A stretch of DNA of 63,502 nucleotides, the filler included, from Neoconidiobolus thromboides FSU 785 (taxonomy: Eukaryota > Fungi > Entomophthoromycota): assembly GCA_025603075.1 (NCBI GenBank). It is 4 parts of 4 records of this genome, joined end to end, with 100 filler letters (N's around TTAATTAATTAA, not from the genome) between each part and the next. Parts side by side here need not be neighbours in the genome. Positions count along the whole stretch, not along the records: positions 60,304 to 61,956 come from MU626935.1; positions 62,057 to 63,502 come from MU626964.1; 2 more parts are not named here. One strand, written 5' to 3'. This document shows positions 61,321 through 63,502 of this stretch, one piece after another. Numbering within the stretch: position 1 is the stretch's first letter; each line of letters opens with the position of its first letter. Position numbers and translations under genes: made by a program. The notes below the pieces were generated by a model. That model was not told where the DNA came from, did no database searches, and was given only the letters and a program-made list of their open reading frames with translations.

Positions 61321-61956
61321 CTAAACAAGTTCTGCCAACCACTTAGTAACTTTTTCAGCCATAATCGGAGAATGATCTAAAAATATTACTTGTCATCACT
61401 TAATAAAAAATGACTTACCCAATACGAAAGCATGTGGAAGTTTTTGATCACAAAAATGAATATTGGCTAAATAGTTAATATATAAATAAACTACAAATAA
61501 ACAATGTCAATTTTACCATTAGGAATTAATTTCTTCATATTAACATAGTGTTGTTTAGGTGACCACCCATCATTTTCACCATAATATATAGTTAACTTGT
61601 TCTCATTTTTAATATAAAATTCTTCATTTAAATCAGAGATTTGAGTCATTTCTTGAAAGCCCATATTTAAGCTATTCTGGGCATTTTTATGCGTATTTAC
61701 AATAATATAGGTTAGGGCTAATAACACAATATACAATATAATATATAACAAACAAAAGGATATAATAACAAGTTATCGATAGTAATTGCTGTGTTCCTAT
61801 CGTTTTGTCTCGTATAAATTTTTGTAATATAAAATTTCAACCAACGTGGTAATAAACTAAACAAAAATATAATCCACATCGCTATCATCATCGGGTATTT
61901 TAAAAATAAAAACTAGCAATGATATAGAATGATTTGCTTAAAAAAATAAATGTTCC
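61321..61956 (-). CDS. LDAH: C-terminal half of an LDAH-like hydrolase, emerging from the gap
   Basis: Exons read NSLNMGFQEMTQISDL, LTIYYGENDGWSP, CDQKLPHAFVL (catalytic His) and HSPIMAEKVTKWLAELV* (TAG at 61321). Confidence 0.75.
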
Positions 61957-62056
61957 NNNNNNNNNNNNNNNNNNNNNNNNNNNNNNNNNNNNNNNNNNNN
62001 TTAATTAATTAANNNNNNNNNNNNNNNNNNNNNNNNNNNNNNNNNNNNNNNNNNNN
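61957..62056. other. Assembly gap linker
   Basis: 44 N + TTAATTAATTAA + 44 N. Confidence 0.97.
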
Positions 62057-62820
62057 CTTTTTAACTCACATTCAATTTCATTTATCGCTTGAAACAACTG
62101 TTTAGTTTGTGCCTCTAAAAGGTCTATCCTTTCATTTACTTTCTCTCGTTTTGTTCTTATGTTACAAAGCGTGTGTTTTTTCTTGACCCCCTTTCTATCA
62201 AAAGTATAGCCTTTGATTATCATAATTTTAAGTAAAAATGATTATTTTTATTGGGTATATTACAAAATTTAGGATCTAAGTTATTCACTTTTGAGTGGAA
62301 TAAACTTAGGATTATTATATAATCTTATTTAAATTTATTATTTTTAGTTTTAAAAGGATCAAATAATAATCTTATTCTTTTTGAAACCTTGAACCCAAAT
62401 GGGCAAGCGTGTTTGTTGAGTTGAATGGTAGTTTTTTTGAACTATAAATATACAATTGTCAAGGGTTTTAGTTCGGAGATACAATTGCTTAAGAGCTTAA
62501 TTGACCAGTTATATCATCTTTACATGTTATTTTTGATCTAATATAAAAGTGTAGAACTAATAAATCGGATCCTAAGTCCTTTGTATAATAGACGCAGTAG
62601 GAGCGATAAAAGTCCAAATTATTAAACCAATGAGATAGTTTATCAAGTTAAAATCGAAGTCATGTTGAACAAAATACTAGGAATGAAGGTACAACAAGTA
62701 AAAGTTAGCATTAGAAGGGAAGATGTCAAGATAGCTTTGGGCTAGCATTATTTTGATTTAACTAATTTATTAAAAATAAGTATATATCATTAAATCATAA
62801 CAGATAAAGCTTTGATGCAG

Positions 62821-63502
62821 TTAATTGATATCAACAATGCTTTTAATTTTGCTTAAGAACTGCTTAGAAACAGTGAAATTTCTTAAAACCATTTTAAGTT
62901 TTTGAAAAGTATGAGTGATATCCAATTTTTTGTACACATGCTTTGATTTATAAGCAAGTTGAAATATTTGTAAAATAGACAATATATTTTGTTTTAAATA
63001 TTCTGTCATTTCATTAGAAGAATCACAATGAAGTTGAAAATTCTTTGAAGTTATGGCTAAAAGGAACACATACATGGGATAAAGTAAGTCTTCAAAATGA
63101 ATTGTTCTTAAAATATAATGTATTGATTTATTAATATTATTGTTTAAAACAGGCCTTATATTATCTTTTAGATAAGCTTTGATTTGATTAACAAGATCCC
63201 TGTCATCCCCAGTTTCACTCAAGAATTCAATTACATTTTCAAAATAGACACTGATGATTATTTTACAAATGCACAATATTTTTATTGCTGCTTCTAATGC
63301 AATTAACATATCTTTTAAAGGTACTTCCATTTGTACGAGATTGCTGTCCATTAACGGATTGATCAAAAGTAATTGAATTATGTAGAATAACATACTCCTT
63401 CGAATTGATAAATGATAGCCATGCTGTTCACAATGATTATTTGGGATCCGACATAAATAATTATGGATATATAATGGCTGCTTTTTGGTATATCTTAGAT
63501 AT
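62821..63502 (-). CDS. 3' part of a hypothetical protein continuing beyond the window
   Basis: A 190-codon open frame with a plausible GTATGT...ACAG intron at about 63350-63396 joining an upstream open frame. No family recognised. Confidence 0.45.
   Translation of the reverse strand, partial: YLRYTKKQPLYIHNYLCRIPNNHCEQHGYHLSIRRSMLFYIIQLLLINPLMDSNLVQMEVPLKDMLIALEAAIKILCICKIIISVYFENVIEFLSETGDDRDLVNQIKAYLKDNIRPVLNNNINKSIHYILRTIHFEDLLYPMYVFLLAITSKNFQLHCDSSNEMTEYLKQNILSILQIFQLAYKSKHVYKKLDITHTFQKLKMVLRNFTVSKQFLSKIKSIVDIN

Overview
This is eukaryotic, very AT-rich genomic DNA with many short (about 40-80 nt) GT-AG introns, most likely from an early-diverging fungus (an Entomophthorales/Zoopagomycota-like genome is my inference, not a database result). 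Two conserved gene blocks are present. The first, 8.8-21.9 kb, holds BRCA2, MSS4, MMS2, a taspase-like protease and a cytochrome P450. The second, 34.3-57.9 kb, holds a Zn2Cys6 factor, UTP13, mitochondrial uL15, ENT3, OST4, UTP22, DOHH/LIA1, KAP120, PET112 and PEX10. An intronless 1085-aa VWA-domain gene lies at 2.4-5.7 kb and two halves of an LDAH-like hydrolase at 60.3-62 kb. Repeat-rich, gene-poor DNA surrounds these. It carries about 26 full copies of a roughly 100-bp MITE (GGGG...CCCC ends, 4-bp AWWT target duplication), three copies of a roughly 460-bp solo-LTR-like element, a decayed DDD-type transposase interrupted by the MITE, and a stop-inactivated secreted-protein gene. Three 100-bp N-gap linkers are assembly artefacts. 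CDS coordinates are gene spans including introns, read by eye; MITE coordinates include the target duplications. I found no clear evidence of a wholly new biological system. The best leads are the AWWT MITE with its adjacent transposase relic, the VWA gene and the variant BRC-like repeats.
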